In this document: piece by piece, positions 1-13,500 of the stretch
How positions within the stretch are numbered: the stretch's first letter is position 1
How the letters are laid out: every line of letters begins with the position of its first letter
Origin: Eledone cirrhosa
Taxonomy: Eukaryota
Assembly (NCBI GenBank): GCA_964016885.1
Contig: OZ024755.1
Coordinates: forward strand, 25,730,001-25,794,000
DNA: 64,000 nt
Direction: 5' to 3'
The notes under the pieces: generated by a model
What the model was told of the DNA's origin: nothing
The model's input: the letters and a program-made list of their open reading frames with translations, nothing else
The model's database searches: none
Program-made: the position numbers and the translations under genes

Positions 1-250
1 TCTTATGAAAGACATTGTCTATGTCTTTAATCTTTTTATTACTATATTTCTAATGAAAGACATGTCTATGTCTTTAATCTTTTTATTACTATATTTCTAA
101 TGAAAGACACTGTCTATGTCTTTAACCCACTCATTACCATATTTCTAATGAAAGACACTATATTATTAACCCTTTCATTACCATATTTCTAATGAGACAC
201 TAAGCTATGTCTTTAACCCTTTCATTACTAAATTTCTAATGAATGACACT
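1..250 (+). repeat. Tandem array of a ~48-bp unit (TTAACCCTTTCATTACCATATTTCTAATGAAAGACACTGTCTATGTCT), the terminus of a dispersed TTAA-type element
   Basis: About 5 degenerate units visible; the same unit recurs at ~11945-12190, 29100-29470 (-), 33780-33930 (-) and 35772-36080. Confidence 0.85.
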
Positions 251-1219
251 ACTTTTGCTTGGATGGCACCTTTGACCACTTGATTTGCTCGAGGTGTTCT
301 CTGAATTTGGATGGAATAGTATCTGCATACCTGATTGCTCCTGATTGCCTTTTCCACCAATGCTTCCCATTTTATCCTGTATTTCTGAGTTTAAACAAAA
401 AACTTCTATCTCAACATGGAATTTCAATTCTTGACTTCACCAATGTTGCTAATTCATGCCCTTGAATAAGGCATGAATCTTCTGTTTTCTAACTTTGACT
501 GCATTGCCTAAATAAGAAGTCATACGCACACACATCACCTTCTTTCTTAGCATGTGATGATTATTCATGTAGCTAAAGTCATTACACTTTAAAATTTCAA
601 CATTCACAATAGTTGAAGCATCCATCTACTGCAAGCAACAACAATTACCACCCACTAACTCACCACCATCACCGCTACTACTATTATTATACCTACTTTA
701 TATACACAATCCACTCACTGCCAAACTATGTGTATTTGTGTGTATATGTATGTATGTATAGATATATATAAGTACCCATGCTAGCATGGAAGATGGACGT
801 TAAATGATGATGATGATATGTGTGTGAGAGAGTTTATATATATATATACAATCAGCTCACCACCAAATTATTTGTATGTGTGTGTGTGCGTATATATTCA
901 CGTTAGTTGGAATGGCATTTTCTGAGAATCACTCTATAACCAGGCAGCTGTACCTTCGACCTATCCATCCACTTGTCTGCTTATTTATTTTTACTTTCTT
1001 CTTCCTGATTTCTTCATTTCATTCAAGAAGCAGCTTCTTCAAAGAATTTCCTTCCTATCTTTCCAGTAAGTTTGTCTCTTTAGTTATTTCTTCACACTCA
1101 TTTATTCATGTTTTTCATGCCACAAGACAGGAAATATATTCACTATTTGCAGCTTGCTTTAAAAAAAGAAAAGCTTATCATTATCATCATCATCATCATC
1201 ATCACGATCAATATCATGA

Positions 1220-1590
1220 TGGTTGATAACATAAAGTACCCGTCACATACTGGTGTTGACAATATGAAGTACCAGTCACATACTGATGTTAATATATAGT
1301 ACCAGTTACATACTGGTGTTAATATATAGTACCAGTCACATACTGGTGTTGATAATATATAGTACCAGTCACATACTGGTGTTAATATATAGTACCAGTC
1401 ACATACTGGTGTTGATAACATATAGTACCAGTCACATACTGGTGTTGATAATATATAGTACCAGTCATATACTGGTGTTGATAATATATAGTACCAGTCA
1501 CGTACTGGTGTTAATATGAAGTACCAGTCACATACCAGTGTTAATATGTAGTATCAATCATGTAGTGGTGTAGATAATATATAGTACTCG
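1220..1590 (+). repeat. Minisatellite with a 30-33 bp unit (ATATAGTACCAGTCACATACTGGTGTT[GAT]A), about 11 copies
   Basis: Direct tandem periodicity; the unit contains an ACCAGT/ACTGGT inverted pair and resembles the internal AGTACCAGT...ACTGG motif of the local SINE. Confidence 0.9.
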
Positions 1591-1635
1591 TCAAAAAAAA
1601 TTCTTGGCCTTCTACCTAAATTAGGAATCATTCGA

Positions 1636-1822
1636 TGGATTGGCAGAATCGGTAGAGGGTCGGACGCCATGCTTTGCAGCACAGAGTTACGGCCCTTTGC
1701 GGTCTGAGTTCAAATCCCGCCAAGGTTAACTTTGCTTTTCATCCATATGGGGTCAATAAAATAAAGCACCAGTAATGCACTGGGGTAATTGCTGGCCTTG
1801 TGCCGAAACTAGTAACAATTAT
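1636..1822 (+). mobile_element. tRNA-derived SINE (family A)
   Basis: A-box-like TGGCAGAATCGG and B-box GAGTTCAAATCC, conserved body CTTTCATCC..GGGGTC.ATAAAATAAAG.ACCAG, tail GGCCTTGTGCC; more than 10 copies in the window. Confidence 0.8.
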
Positions 1823-3029
1823 TATATTTTCCCCATTTTATTTATTATTCCAATATCAAATCATGATTCTTATGTAGTTCCTTGTAAACTATAAGCAGCA
1901 ATAATTTTCTCACCCTCTCTTTCTCTCTCACACAGCTGTGTCAATGGATCTATAGCAATACAATTGCTGAGAAGTAATTTTCTCTTCTCTTTCTTGTCTC
2001 ACTCAATCAGATCTCCTTATATTACACTATATTACACAATTTCCTATTGATCTTAATTCTAATGGATGATTAAGTAATTCTGTCCAGTTGATACTGTCCA
2101 GTTATTGGTCATCAAATATCCAGTAATTATACTACACAGTAGGGTGTGGAGCTGTTTGTTGGCTGAAATATGAGAGCACTGAACTAAATGTCTCCATGTA
2201 GTGAGTCTGGTACTTTCATTTAAGATTGGAGGGTCTATTTGGGTTTTTCTCTCTACACCACCACATACCACACCACACACCACATGATCAATATACATAG
2301 TCAATAATATATAGGCATACTTCTATGTTTACTCATGTATATGTGATCTTCGAGCAAAACCTACTTCTCTAACCACCTGTCTAGTCTCAGACCATGATAA
2401 CCCATCCAACTCACACCACCATAGAAAGCAGACATAAAACAGTGATGATGATGATTATTATATCATCATTATTGTTTTTCATTGACTTATCCATTCTGGT
2501 ATGGAGAAGACAGGACTTTTGAGACAATGTTTTACATCCGGGTACTTTTCCTGACACTAATCCTCTCATGGTGTACCTATTATCATCATTAAATGTCCAT
2601 TTCCCCTCTTAGCAATGGTTGGACGGGTCTTCACAGATAGGTCATACTTGAGCTTGACTACTTTCAGATGGACTGTGGGCCTACATCTCGCTTACATATG
2701 ATCCCACACTTCACTTCATCAAGTGCATTTTATTGTGATACCATTATAGTGGAGGTTGTTATGTCTTTGACACAGCTGAAGGGTCCTCCCAATTCGTTTT
2801 TCTTGCAGGTTTTCTATGGCTAGATGCCCTTCCACTCACTAACCACTTTACAGTATGTACTGAGTATGTTTATCATGTAGATAACCAACACTAGGGATAC
2901 ACACTCACACTCTAAGGTTTTCATAAAACCAAACATATTGGGAACCTTCTCTCCTATGTCACTCTCCAATGTAGCCTTGCTCTTAAGTGATTTGGTGAAA
3001 ACTAAGGAACATGTAAGCAAGATGTGGTT

Positions 3030-3232
3030 ATCTGACCTGTCTTATCTCAGACTGTGACAACCTGTCTCACCCATACCAACATAGAATGTGGACCTGTCTT
3101 GTTTCAGACTGTGACAACCTGTCTCACCTATACCAACATAGAATATGGACCTGTCTTGTTTCAGACTGTGACAACCTGTCTCACCTATACCAACATAGAA
3201 TATGGACCTGTCTTGTCTTAGATATTGACAAC
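3030..3232 (+). repeat. 57-bp tandem repeat, about 3.5 copies
   Basis: GACCTGTCTT recurs at 3091, 3148 and 3205. Confidence 0.85.
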
Positions 3233-3611
3233 CACCACTACTATTACACTACTACTATACCACCATTACTAGTGCTACATAATTCCTGATAAGGTTATAT
3301 AATACATAAGTTATGAAACTTTCAATAAACTGTGTCAAGAGTGTTTTCCTTCAATGAGACAATGCTACACTGTTTTAAGTTATAAACCCTTAACTTAAAG
3401 AGTCACTAATCTAATACTCTAACCACTTATCTACTACTAATAATAATAATTATTATTTCTTTAGCCCTTCTGACATACAACCTAAAGTCACCTCTCTTTC
3501 TCTGATATAAAACTGCTTTAATGTGTTTATATTTATCTAAAAACATTGCATCATAATTTTATGTAAGTTCCTTTATGTTCTAAATATTAGCTTAATAATG
3601 TGAAAGCTAGT

Positions 3612-4125
3612 TCTTCTTTGCCCACTTATTCCTGAGAGTGTCATGGGAGCAGAGTCATCAAACACTCCTTCCACTCGGTCCTGTCAGAAGCAACTGTCTT
3701 CAACTGATTCAGCTGAATCCCCCAGTGAGACCAGCCAAGCTCATGGATGTTATCCAACTATCTTGCTCTGGGTCTACCACTGAGTCTCCTGCTGGCTGGT
3801 TTTGCCCATAAAATCTCTGCAGCAATTCTTTCTTGGTACATTCTAACAACCACATACCCATAGTATCGGAATTGTGATCTCTCAGTTCGGCAAATTAGTG
3901 GCTCTACCTGGAGTGACTCTCTGATCTTCAAGCTACGTATTCTATTGAGTAACATTACTCCAAAGGCCCTTTGGAGGAACCCCATTTTGGCTGCTTGTAT
4001 TACCCAGGATTTATGACCATAGGTAAGGGTTGGCACGGATACCGAATTGAAGAAAGCAAGTTTGGCTTTTACCACTTACATCCCTTCTTTTGATTACCGA
4101 ATGCTGAAGCTGGTGCATTACTGCA
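3612..4125 (-). mobile_element. RTE-clade LINE, 3' fragment (degenerate RT C-terminus)
   Basis: Minus-strand translation PTLTYGHKSW...RSQFRYYGYVV.RM...SGRPRAR matches the RTE C-terminal pattern (LTYGxETW; LRWxGHVxRM; RxxGRP). Further copies at 26205-26520 and 28780-29060. Confidence 0.8.
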
Positions 4126-4532
4126 AAACTAGTTAAATGACTAAATTCCCCCAAATTCTTAATTATTTGAAAATAATAGACAATGTTTTTTTTTTCTTTT
4201 GTTAGGAATATGGTAACAAAAGTGTTAGTGTTTATATTTCTCTAACTCTGGTAACAAAGGTGTTAAGGGAGTGTTTGTGTGTTTTGGGCTACCAGGCAGG
4301 AAATGTGTACAGAGTTGTTTTCTCCCAGTTTCACAGTAGCTACATACATGAAGAGTATCTGATTGATACTATAAAACAATCAAACTCCATTAATAATCAT
4401 CCAGTAATTGGGAATATCTCTGTTATTGTCAGGAGATCTCCTGCAAGTGTCAACTTAGATCTGATCTCTATCATTGATGAAGATGTCAATCTACTACAAG
4501 AAACATTCTAATTCCTAGTTTTCAGCTCTGTT

Positions 4533-4742
4533 TTAACCCTTTATATTCTATTGTATTTTCATAGTAAACACTTTACCTCACATAGTTATTTCATATAATA
4601 TTGAACCCTTGAGATTTTGATGTCATTTATTTTGAGAACAAAACCTTAACGTACGAATGACTGGTTGGTTACAGCCAGTTTGAACAGAAAGGGGTGAGAG
4701 AATTCTGGCCAGATATGGCCGGTTTAAATGCTAAAGGGTTAA
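4533..4742. mobile_element. TTAA-flanked MITE (piggyBac-type ends)
   Basis: TTAA|CCCTTTA ... TAAAGGG|TTAA termini; related copy at 35610-35775. Confidence 0.6.
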
Positions 4743-6891
4743 TTGATAATGTCCTTGGTAAGAAAATATGATGTTAAACAACAATTTTCTCCACACAAAG
4801 TAAATATATAAGTAAATAAAGACCATAAGGGAGGTACAATACAGCACTATAGACATTGGTAACATTATCATCATCATCATCAATGCCTGTTTTCCATGCT
4901 TTGCTCATATGTTCCAAACTTTGGTATGGTTTTACAGTTGGATGGCTCTAATGCCAACCACTTCACTGAGTATACTGGGTGCATTTTATTATCATTTTAT
5001 TATATCAAGGTTCAGTGTTGATAGTCTAGGAGGACAGTAGCTTAGATAAGTACTGACTTGGTCTGTGACAACCTGTCTGAGAAGACAGTAGCTCCAGTTA
5101 AGTACTGGCTTGGTCTGTGACAACCTATCCAACCCATACCAACATAGAAACATAGACATTAAACAATGAGGATGATTATACGGGAAAGAATTTCTCCGCA
5201 CACATTACCCATCTAACAAACATTCCACTATTTAAAGAAATATTGCAAAGACATATGTAAGCATTGCATCAACATTAACAACGTTTTTCTCTTTCTTTCA
5301 ACTGCTTTTATTTTTACTCTGAATCGGCCTTTTTTTTTGTGAGTTATTTTTTCTCTCAAGGGAAATGCACATTATGTCAGCAAAGATATGATGCAATAAA
5401 TTGCATTATACATTTCTTATCTTTTATTTTAAAGATTATGTTATTTAGTTAAGCTCATATTAAGAAAGACATGTTTAATGAATTGATAAAAGATACATGT
5501 ATATGCCAGAGGCATCCACTGAAAATGTGTAAATGTATGGATAAATAGGTAATTAGGAGCAGACATAGCTGTGTGCTTAACAAATTCACGTCGCAACCAT
5601 GTGTCTTCTATTATAGACTCTGATTGACCGATGCCTTGTGAGTGGAATTTGGTAGGTGGAAACTGTAGGAGCGCACCCGCACACATATGTATATATCATC
5701 AATTAACATTTATTTTTCCATGCCTACATGGGTTAGAAATATATATTTATATTATATTATTTAATGAATATTTATCTATATATATATATATATACATTAT
5801 ATTATATAATATTTAATAGATATCTATTTCTCTCTCTCTCAATATTTATATATATATATATATATATAGGGGCAGGGGAGTAAGCAAGATAAAATAGAAA
5901 TTTACCAATTTACTTCAATGTCCTGACTGCAGTTTCACAGTGTAATTGCTTCTTTGTATATTCTATTAATTCGGGATATTCTCCAGTAAATTTTTACTTT
6001 GCCCACAATTAATTTTATAATGCTCTGACTAATCAATTTTTATTCCTTCATTGAGACAAAACCAGTAATAGTTGAACACCCTCATATGTACATCTATACT
6101 TATGAATATTCATCATCGTTTTTATGTCTGTTTTTCCATGTTTGCCTGGGTTGGACATATATGCAATTTGTGAGAATCATGGGTACTGTTCATGTTTTTG
6201 GCAGGGTTTTTCTGGTTAGTTAACCTTCCTGTTACCAACCTCTTTACAGTGTGGTCTGGGTGCATTATTCGCACCACCAGCACTAAAGAGCTTGTCTTAC
6301 TGTATTCACGAGTCTTTCCATCCTGTGTTAGTTTTTATTTTGAGTGTCTACTCTCTTGGACGGGTTGCCTTCACTACCGCTTACAGAGCCTATGTCTACC
6401 CCGTATATATATATATATGGCCATGTGTATCCTGTGTAGAATAGATACACCATACCCCTGCATGTTGTAAAAGGTCACTAAAAGGTTTGGTGTTAGTAAG
6501 GACATCAGGTTGTAAAACATTGACTCAAAAGTTCCTGTCCAACCCATTCCAGCATGGAAAAGTTGATGTAAAATCGATGATGATATATATATATAAACAA
6601 ACAAAACCCACCCATAACATATTTGTAAAATCTCTAAAACAGTGAGTGTGTGCATGTGTGAAATGTCCACCTCATGAGTATATGTACATCTAAGTGTATA
6701 TAAAATGTATGAGTGTAGGTATGTCTCTCTTTCTCTCTTTCTCTCTATCTATCTATCTATATATATATAGTGAAAGCAGCGATTCTTTGCTTAAACTTTA
6801 ATGTTATTTTAATAAATATTTGGTCTACGGTTCTTATATATCTGATATATATTTATCCTTGGATTTTAGTCTTCAAATTTATTATTATTAC

Positions 6892-6964
<73 letters not shown>

Positions 6965-6965
6965 C

Positions 6966-7001
<36 letters not shown>

Positions 7002-7194
7002 GCACATACGCACAATATATTATTTTATGAAGTCAAGTAGGAAATAAATAAATTGTTGGTTAAGTGTCCACAATACTGGGTGAGGTTTAAGTAAACAATC
7101 TGTTTCATCAACATCATCATTACTCTTTAATGTCTATTTTCTGTGGTTAGACAGTTGAAGTCAGATTAGTCAGGAGACTGTTCTGCTCGTACAC

Positions 7195-7535
7195 TTTGTT
7201 TTGGTTTAGTTTCTACAGATGGATGCCCTTCCTATCACCAACCACTTTACAGTGTGTATTGAGAGCATGGTATCTATGGCTGGATGCCCCTCCTAATACC
7301 CGTTGTGTACTGGGACAATGTTTTCTGCAGCAAGATGCCTTTCCTAACACCAACCACTTTTCAGTGCATACTGGGAGCATGGTATCTACAGCTGAAAGCC
7401 CTTCCTGACACTAACCACTTTACAGTGTATACTGGGAACATGATTTCTACAACTGAATGCCCATCCTAATGCTAACCATTTTACAGTGTGTACTGGGAGC
7501 ATGATTTCTTCAGCTGGATGACCTTCCTAGCGTGG
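7195..7535. repeat. Tandem array (~60 bp) of the GGATGCCCTTCCTAA..CCAACCACTTTACAGTG repeat core
   Basis: About 5 degenerate head-to-tail copies of a motif otherwise dispersed across the window. Confidence 0.7.
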
Positions 7536-8166
7536 TTTGGTCTCCAGGAAAAAAGTGACAAATTGGCAGAGTAGTTAGAGCCACTGATTAAAAAAAGCTT
7601 GGTATTTGTTCTGGTTCACTGTACACTTAGTTCAAATCCTGCCAAGGTAAAATTTACGCTTCATCCTATTGAGGTTGATAACATTCCAATCCAGTACTGG
7701 GGTCAATTCTTCCTCTATCTACTTAATCATTTTCTCTTGCTCTCCCTGATTCTCTAGGAGAAATCAACTGTTCAGACTTGGAGAGGGATGAGCTCTACCA
7801 ATTTTGATATATAATGTGTTAGAATGGTGCTCCTGTGACTCAATTTGTCAGAATAGGGTCCCTATGACTCAGTCATGTGCTAGAATGTTGCCACTATGAC
7901 ACCATGTATTAGAATGGTGCCCTTTAGAATCCATTCTTTCTTTCTAGAGAAAATGGTTCTGTCTTCAGCCATTACAGGCTTTCTCTACTGTTTAATATAT
8001 ATATATGCATGTCTATGTATGTATGCATATATATGTGCATACATACATATACATGCATGTCTGTATGCATATATATATATATATATATATTTTAAAGTTG
8101 AGACAGTAAACAGAAAACAAAAATGCGAAGCAGCAGTACAAACGTTAATGCTAAGGTTACATATAT

Positions 8167-8263
8167 CGTTTAATCATTATAATTATTTCCACGGTTCTCC
8201 ATGCAATCAAGAAGTCCTTCATGCATTTGTTGTTATGAGAACGGTATCCTCAGATAAAAATCG
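8167..8263 (-). ncRNA. Candidate type I hammerhead ribozyme in a TA-flanked repeat (~8090-8430)
   Basis: Minus strand: TTAT-CTGAGGA-TACCGTTCTC...GAGAACCGTG-GAAA-TAATTA-TA-ATGA. Core boxes, stem II, palindromic stem III and a short stem I are present. Confidence 0.5.
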
Positions 8264-10479
8264 ATTTAGTGATATGCTGCCGGCAGTAAAACACACATGT
8301 CCTTTTGCTCGTGTGCCCAGTAGACATGAGTTCCTGAAAGGGTCTCCCAGCCGTCGTGTTTGCTGGAGTAAAGTGCTATCAACATGTCAATTAGTGAAAA
8401 CAGGATACACACATCCACCACGAACTATATATATATATACGCATAACATACACATATGTGTGTGTGTGTGCGCAAATATGTACACACACTACTTGTTTCT
8501 CTTCTACTATTTCCATGTTTATCTTGTCCATCTGTGGTACCAGTTAATGTCTGTAGTTCCAGTTGTCTGAAATTTTCTTTGATTTAGTATTCAATTTCTT
8601 CAGTTACACCCACTTACTATAGAAGAAATGCCCTCCACCCCCATGCTTTCTATCACCTACAAATGCACTCAAACATATGTCTTTGTGTGTATGTGTGCTT
8701 AATTTCTCAGGCTTTTCACTCAAAACACATAAACATGCATGCACACATACATATAAACATGCATGCACACATACACATAAACATGCCCATAAACACACAG
8801 ATAAATATGCACACATATGCACATAAACATGCATAAACACACGATACACATATGACTTGTGTATAGTCACACACACATAGAAAACATGTATGAGCCTAGT
8901 CAACTGGTCTACTTTCCTACTTTACTGTCTATAAACCTTTCTCTCCCTTATTCCATTCTCTTCCACATCTTATTTTGATCCACCCACATCTACTTTACTG
9001 TCTATAAACCTGTCTCTCCCTCATTCCACTCTCAACCACATATTAACTCTTCTAATCCACCTACATCTTAACATCCTGAAACCATCCTTTGTTCTATGAT
9101 ACAAACCTCCTCTGGTTCTATAAAATAAAATCATCCATTTTAAAGAATTCCTGTTTATATCAAAATCTCTCAACATAATTTTATATAAAAACCATATGTG
9201 AAGTTACTATCTTAGTAATGAAATACTAATTTTAGTAAATCCCTCAAAATTCTTTGTTAGTTAATTGAAATAGTATATTTCATTAGAAATCTGACCATGA
9301 AAGGTTTACTCTACAACCCCTTCACCAACAGCCCTTAGACTTTTATGGCTTTTGAACCAGTGAGTGGCGAGGGGTGTGGGTGAGGGGTAATCCTATAAAC
9401 ATCGAGTCATAGTAACATATGTGCCCCATAATTAAGGCGAAATCTAATATATTTAATTTTTAAGAATGCTGCTTTATTTAAAGGACAGCTTGGGAGTGTG
9501 TGTACATCATCATTGTTTTGATGTCAACTTTACTCTGTTGGCATGGGTTGGACAAGACTTTTTGAGGCAGTATTTTATAGCCAGATGCCCTCTCTAACAC
9601 CAACAAATTTTAATGGCATCTCATAACACTGTCAAAAAGTCTCATCCAACCCATGCCAGTTAAGGAAAGTCTACCGTGATGATAATGTACACACACACAC
9701 TTGCAAGCTGCCTTTTAATAAGGCAGCATTCATTACAATTTAATATACTAATATTTAGTTATGGAGTTAAGCTTGCTGTTTCTTGTGTTAGTTCAGGGTT
9801 TATATGTTCTGTGGGTTGTTATGTTGTATTTTATTTAGTTTGTATTGTATAGGGTGTGTGTAGATTGTTGTATTTGAGTTGAATCAATAATGTCTTGTCC
9901 TGGATGTGGACTGTTCCTAGCAGAGCTATTCTTCGGACTGTGTGTAATGCTGTGAACCATAGTATGGCTTCTACTCATATATATATATATATATATATAT
10001 TATTAGTACAGATTAAAGTTTAAGCAAAGCACTTCTGCTTTCACCCTGTACGGGATCTTCTGAAACTGAGAAAAATCAATCTGTAGACACAGAAATAAAT
10101 ATTTAAAAAAACATTACAACATATATACAATCCTTATCGAGCCCGCTTTCGATGTTGGTCTTTGTATTTATTATTACTATAAATATATACACACACACAC
10201 AGAGGGAGAGAGAGAATTGACTGAGAGATGAAAGGCAAAGTTTACTTATCATTGAACGTGAAATGTAGAAGGGACAAAACTCGACATTTACTGTAAGGCA
10301 TAGAAAGAAATGAATTAAAAGCTAAGATTACAAAAGGTAGCTGGTGTATAAGAGTGGGTGTATTAAATGTCATGTTGAATAACACCCCCTTCTACATATT
10401 CTATAAAAATATATCAAAAGAAATGAGTGCAAAAGAAATGTTGAAAATAGTTTTTGTTCTTTGTTTTCTATTGCAACAT

Positions 10480-11770
10480 ATTACATTACAATACAGTATA
10501 TTACATTACTGTACAGTATATTACATTACTGTACAGTATATTACATTACTGTACAGTATATTACATTACTGTACAGTATATTACATTACTGTACAGTATA
10601 TTACATTACTGTACAGTATATTACATTACTGTACAGTATATTACATTACTGTACAGTATATTACATTACTGTACAGTATATTACATTACAGTACAGTATA
10701 TTACATTACTGTACAGTATATTACATTACAGTACAGTATATTACATTACTGTACAGTATATTACATTACAGTACAGTATATTACATTACTGTACAGTATA
10801 TTACATTACAGTACAGTATATTACATTACTGTACAGTATATTACATTACTGTACAGTATATTACATTACTGTACAGTATATTACATTACTGTACAGTATA
10901 TTACATTACTGTACAGTATATTACATTACTGTACAGTATATTACATTACTGTACAGTATATTACATTACAATACAGTATATTACATTACTGTACAGTATA
11001 TTACATTACTGTACAGTATATTACATTACTGTACAGTATATTACATTACTGTACAGTATATTACATTACTGTACAGTATATTACATTACAGTACAGTATA
11101 TTACATTACTGTACAGTATATTACATTACAGTACAGTATATTACATTACAGTATATTACATTACTGTACAGTATATTACATTACTGTACAGTATATTACA
11201 TAACAGTACAGTATATTACATTACATAACAGTACAGTATATTACATTACAATACAGTATATTACATTACTGTACAGTATATTACATAACAATACAGTATA
11301 TTACATAACAGTACAGTATATTACATTACAATATTACATTACTGTACAGTATATTACATAACAGTACAGTATATTACATTACAATATTACATTACTGTAC
11401 AGTATATTACATTACTGTACAGTATATTACATTACAGTACAGTATATTACATTACTGTACAGTATATTACATTACTGTACAGTATATTACATAACAGTAC
11501 AGTATATTACATTACAATATTACATTACTGTACAGTATATTACATTACAGTATATTACATTACTGTACAGTATATTACATTACTGTACAGTATATTACAT
11601 TACAATACAGTATATTACATTACAGTATATTACATTACTGTACAGTATATTACATTACTGTACATCATCATCATCATCATTTTACGTCTGCTCTTCCCTG
11701 CTTGCAAGGGTCTACAATATAATACATTACTGTGCAGTATATTACATTACTGTATAATATATTACAATAT
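10480..11770. repeat. 20-bp satellite (TTACATTACTGTACAGTATA)n, about 60 units
   Basis: Near-perfect tandem array built from 5-mer subunits; most units contain the palindrome TACTGTACAGTA. Confidence 0.97.
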
Positions 11771-11944
11771 GAATAAAACCTGTTTAACAGTGCCTCAGCA
11801 CGGCTACAGTTTGATGACTAAAACCAGTAAAAGAATTTTTTTTTTAAATCAGTGAATCAGTGAAGTTTTTAGTTGGCCAAATTATTTCCCTTTGATATCT
11901 TCTTTTAAACGAGATTTGACTGAAAAATCAAAGTATAAAACTCT

Positions 11945-12642
11945 TGTTCAACTCTTTCATTACAATATTGCTAATGAAAGACACTGCCTATTTCATTAAC
12001 TCGTTCATTACTAGATATTTAATGAACGACACTGCCTCTGTCTTTAACCCTTTCATTACCACATTTCTAATGAAAGATATCGTCTATGTTTTTAACCCTT
12101 TCATTACCATATTTCTAATGAAAGACACCGTCTATGTTTTTAACTCTTTCATTACCATATTTCTAATGGAAGATACTACTTATGGTTTTCAAATAATTTT
12201 GAAAATAATCAAGAATTTGAAGAGATTTAGTCATATAACTAACTTTCTCATTTATTTGATGTTTGGAACATAATTTAAATTATGATGGAAGGTTTTTAGA
12301 TACAAATTGACACTTTAAACCAGAGTTTCTCAAACTTTTTGGGCCACCGCCCCCTTCACGGCCACGTAAAACCCTCAGTGGCCATCAACCTTATTTCCAG
12401 AAAGACTTGCCTACAAGCAAATTGTAAATAATATATAATAAATATATTATTTACAATTATATAATAAAATCAATAATTTGTATATGATATATACTATGTA
12501 TAAATAAATATTATATATTTTTTATTTTACTATATTTATATATCATCTCTATCGCCCCCTTAGACTGCAGCACTCCTCTGCACTTTCAGAACTGCTTTAA
12601 ACCAAACAGTTTTGAGTAGTCTGGTATGAAAAAAAGGGTTAA
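11945..12642 (+). mobile_element. TTAA-type (piggyBac-like) non-autonomous element with tandemly amplified left end and a nested hAT MITE
   Basis: 48-bp TTAACCCTTTCATTACC units at the left (TTAA at 12044 and 12092), AAAGGGTTAA at the right end; body homologous to other copies (e.g. 18880-19125, 33480-33930, 56160-56360, all minus). Confidence 0.6.
12321..12594. mobile_element. hAT (Charlie-like) MITE
   Basis: Starts CAGAGTTTCTCAAAC, ends TTTCAGAACTG; perfect 8-bp TSD CTTTAAAC at 12313-12320 and 12595-12602. Confidence 0.75.
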
Positions 12643-12674
12643 ATTTTGCAAGTTTAGTATATATATATATATAT

Positions 12675-13000
12675 GGAGGCACATGGCTTAGTGGTTAGAG
12701 CATTGGCCTTGCAATCGAAAGGTTGTGAGTTCAATTCTCAGACCGGGTGATGTGTTGTTTCCTTGAGCAAGACACTTTATTTCACATTGCTCCAGTTTAC
12801 TCAGCTGTAGAAATGAGATGATAGGGACTGGGGTCCCTATCATTCCACTGCAAAGTGGTCGTGGAGGTGCCATGGCAAAAAAGCACCCAGCACTCACTGT
12901 AAATGAGGTTGGTGTTAGGAAGGGCATCCAGCTGTAGAAATAAAGCCAGAATCAGTTCCCGTCCGACCCTTGCAAGCAGGGAAAAGCGGACGTAAAATGA
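12675..13000 (+). mobile_element. tRNA-derived SINE (family B) with CORE-like CCTTGAGCAAG motif and GAT-repeat tail
   Basis: A box TGGCTTAGTGG and B box GAGTTCAATTC; near-identical copy at 49585-49915. Confidence 0.85.
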
Positions 13001-13289
13001 AATGAATACAAACACCCATGCATAGATATACTCACACCACCATTCACACACACTCACACAAACACACAAAACTACATATACACTCACACCACCATACACT
13101 CACACAAACACACACAACTACATATATACTCACACATACATATACACTCATACCACCATACACACACACTCACACAAACACATACATACAAATGCAGACA
13201 CATATATATACACTCAGATAACCACATACATACAAATGTAGACACATATATATATATACTCACACAACCACATACATACAAATGCAGAT

Positions 13290-13500
13290 GCATCATCATC
13301 ATCATCATCATCATCATCACCGTTTTACGTCCGTTCTTCTACGCTAGCATGGGTTAGACGGGTTGTCCTGTTGTGGGCAGTGTCCGGTCGGCTGACCTTG
13401 TCTTGCTCATACAGGAACTGATTCTGGCTTGATTTCTACAGCTGGATGCCCTTCCTAACACCAACCTCATTTACAGTGAGTGGTGGGTGCTTTTTTTATG
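13290..13500 (-). mobile_element. 3' part of family-B-related short retroposon with (CAT)n tail, inverted relative to 12890-13000
   Basis: 13415-13482 is the near-exact reverse complement of ~12890-12960. Confidence 0.75.

Noticed and set aside
7896-8570. 224-aa ORF
   Set aside because: Runs through TA/CA microsatellites and a repeat insert; no recognisable domain.
10354-11361. Long ORFs of 249-335 aa
   Set aside because: Translations of the 20-bp satellite with no protein-like complexity.
12675-12750. tRNA gene candidates (A/B boxes) here and at 1636, 38593 and 49585
   Set aside because: No complete cloverleaf or acceptor stem; each continues into a SINE body and tail.
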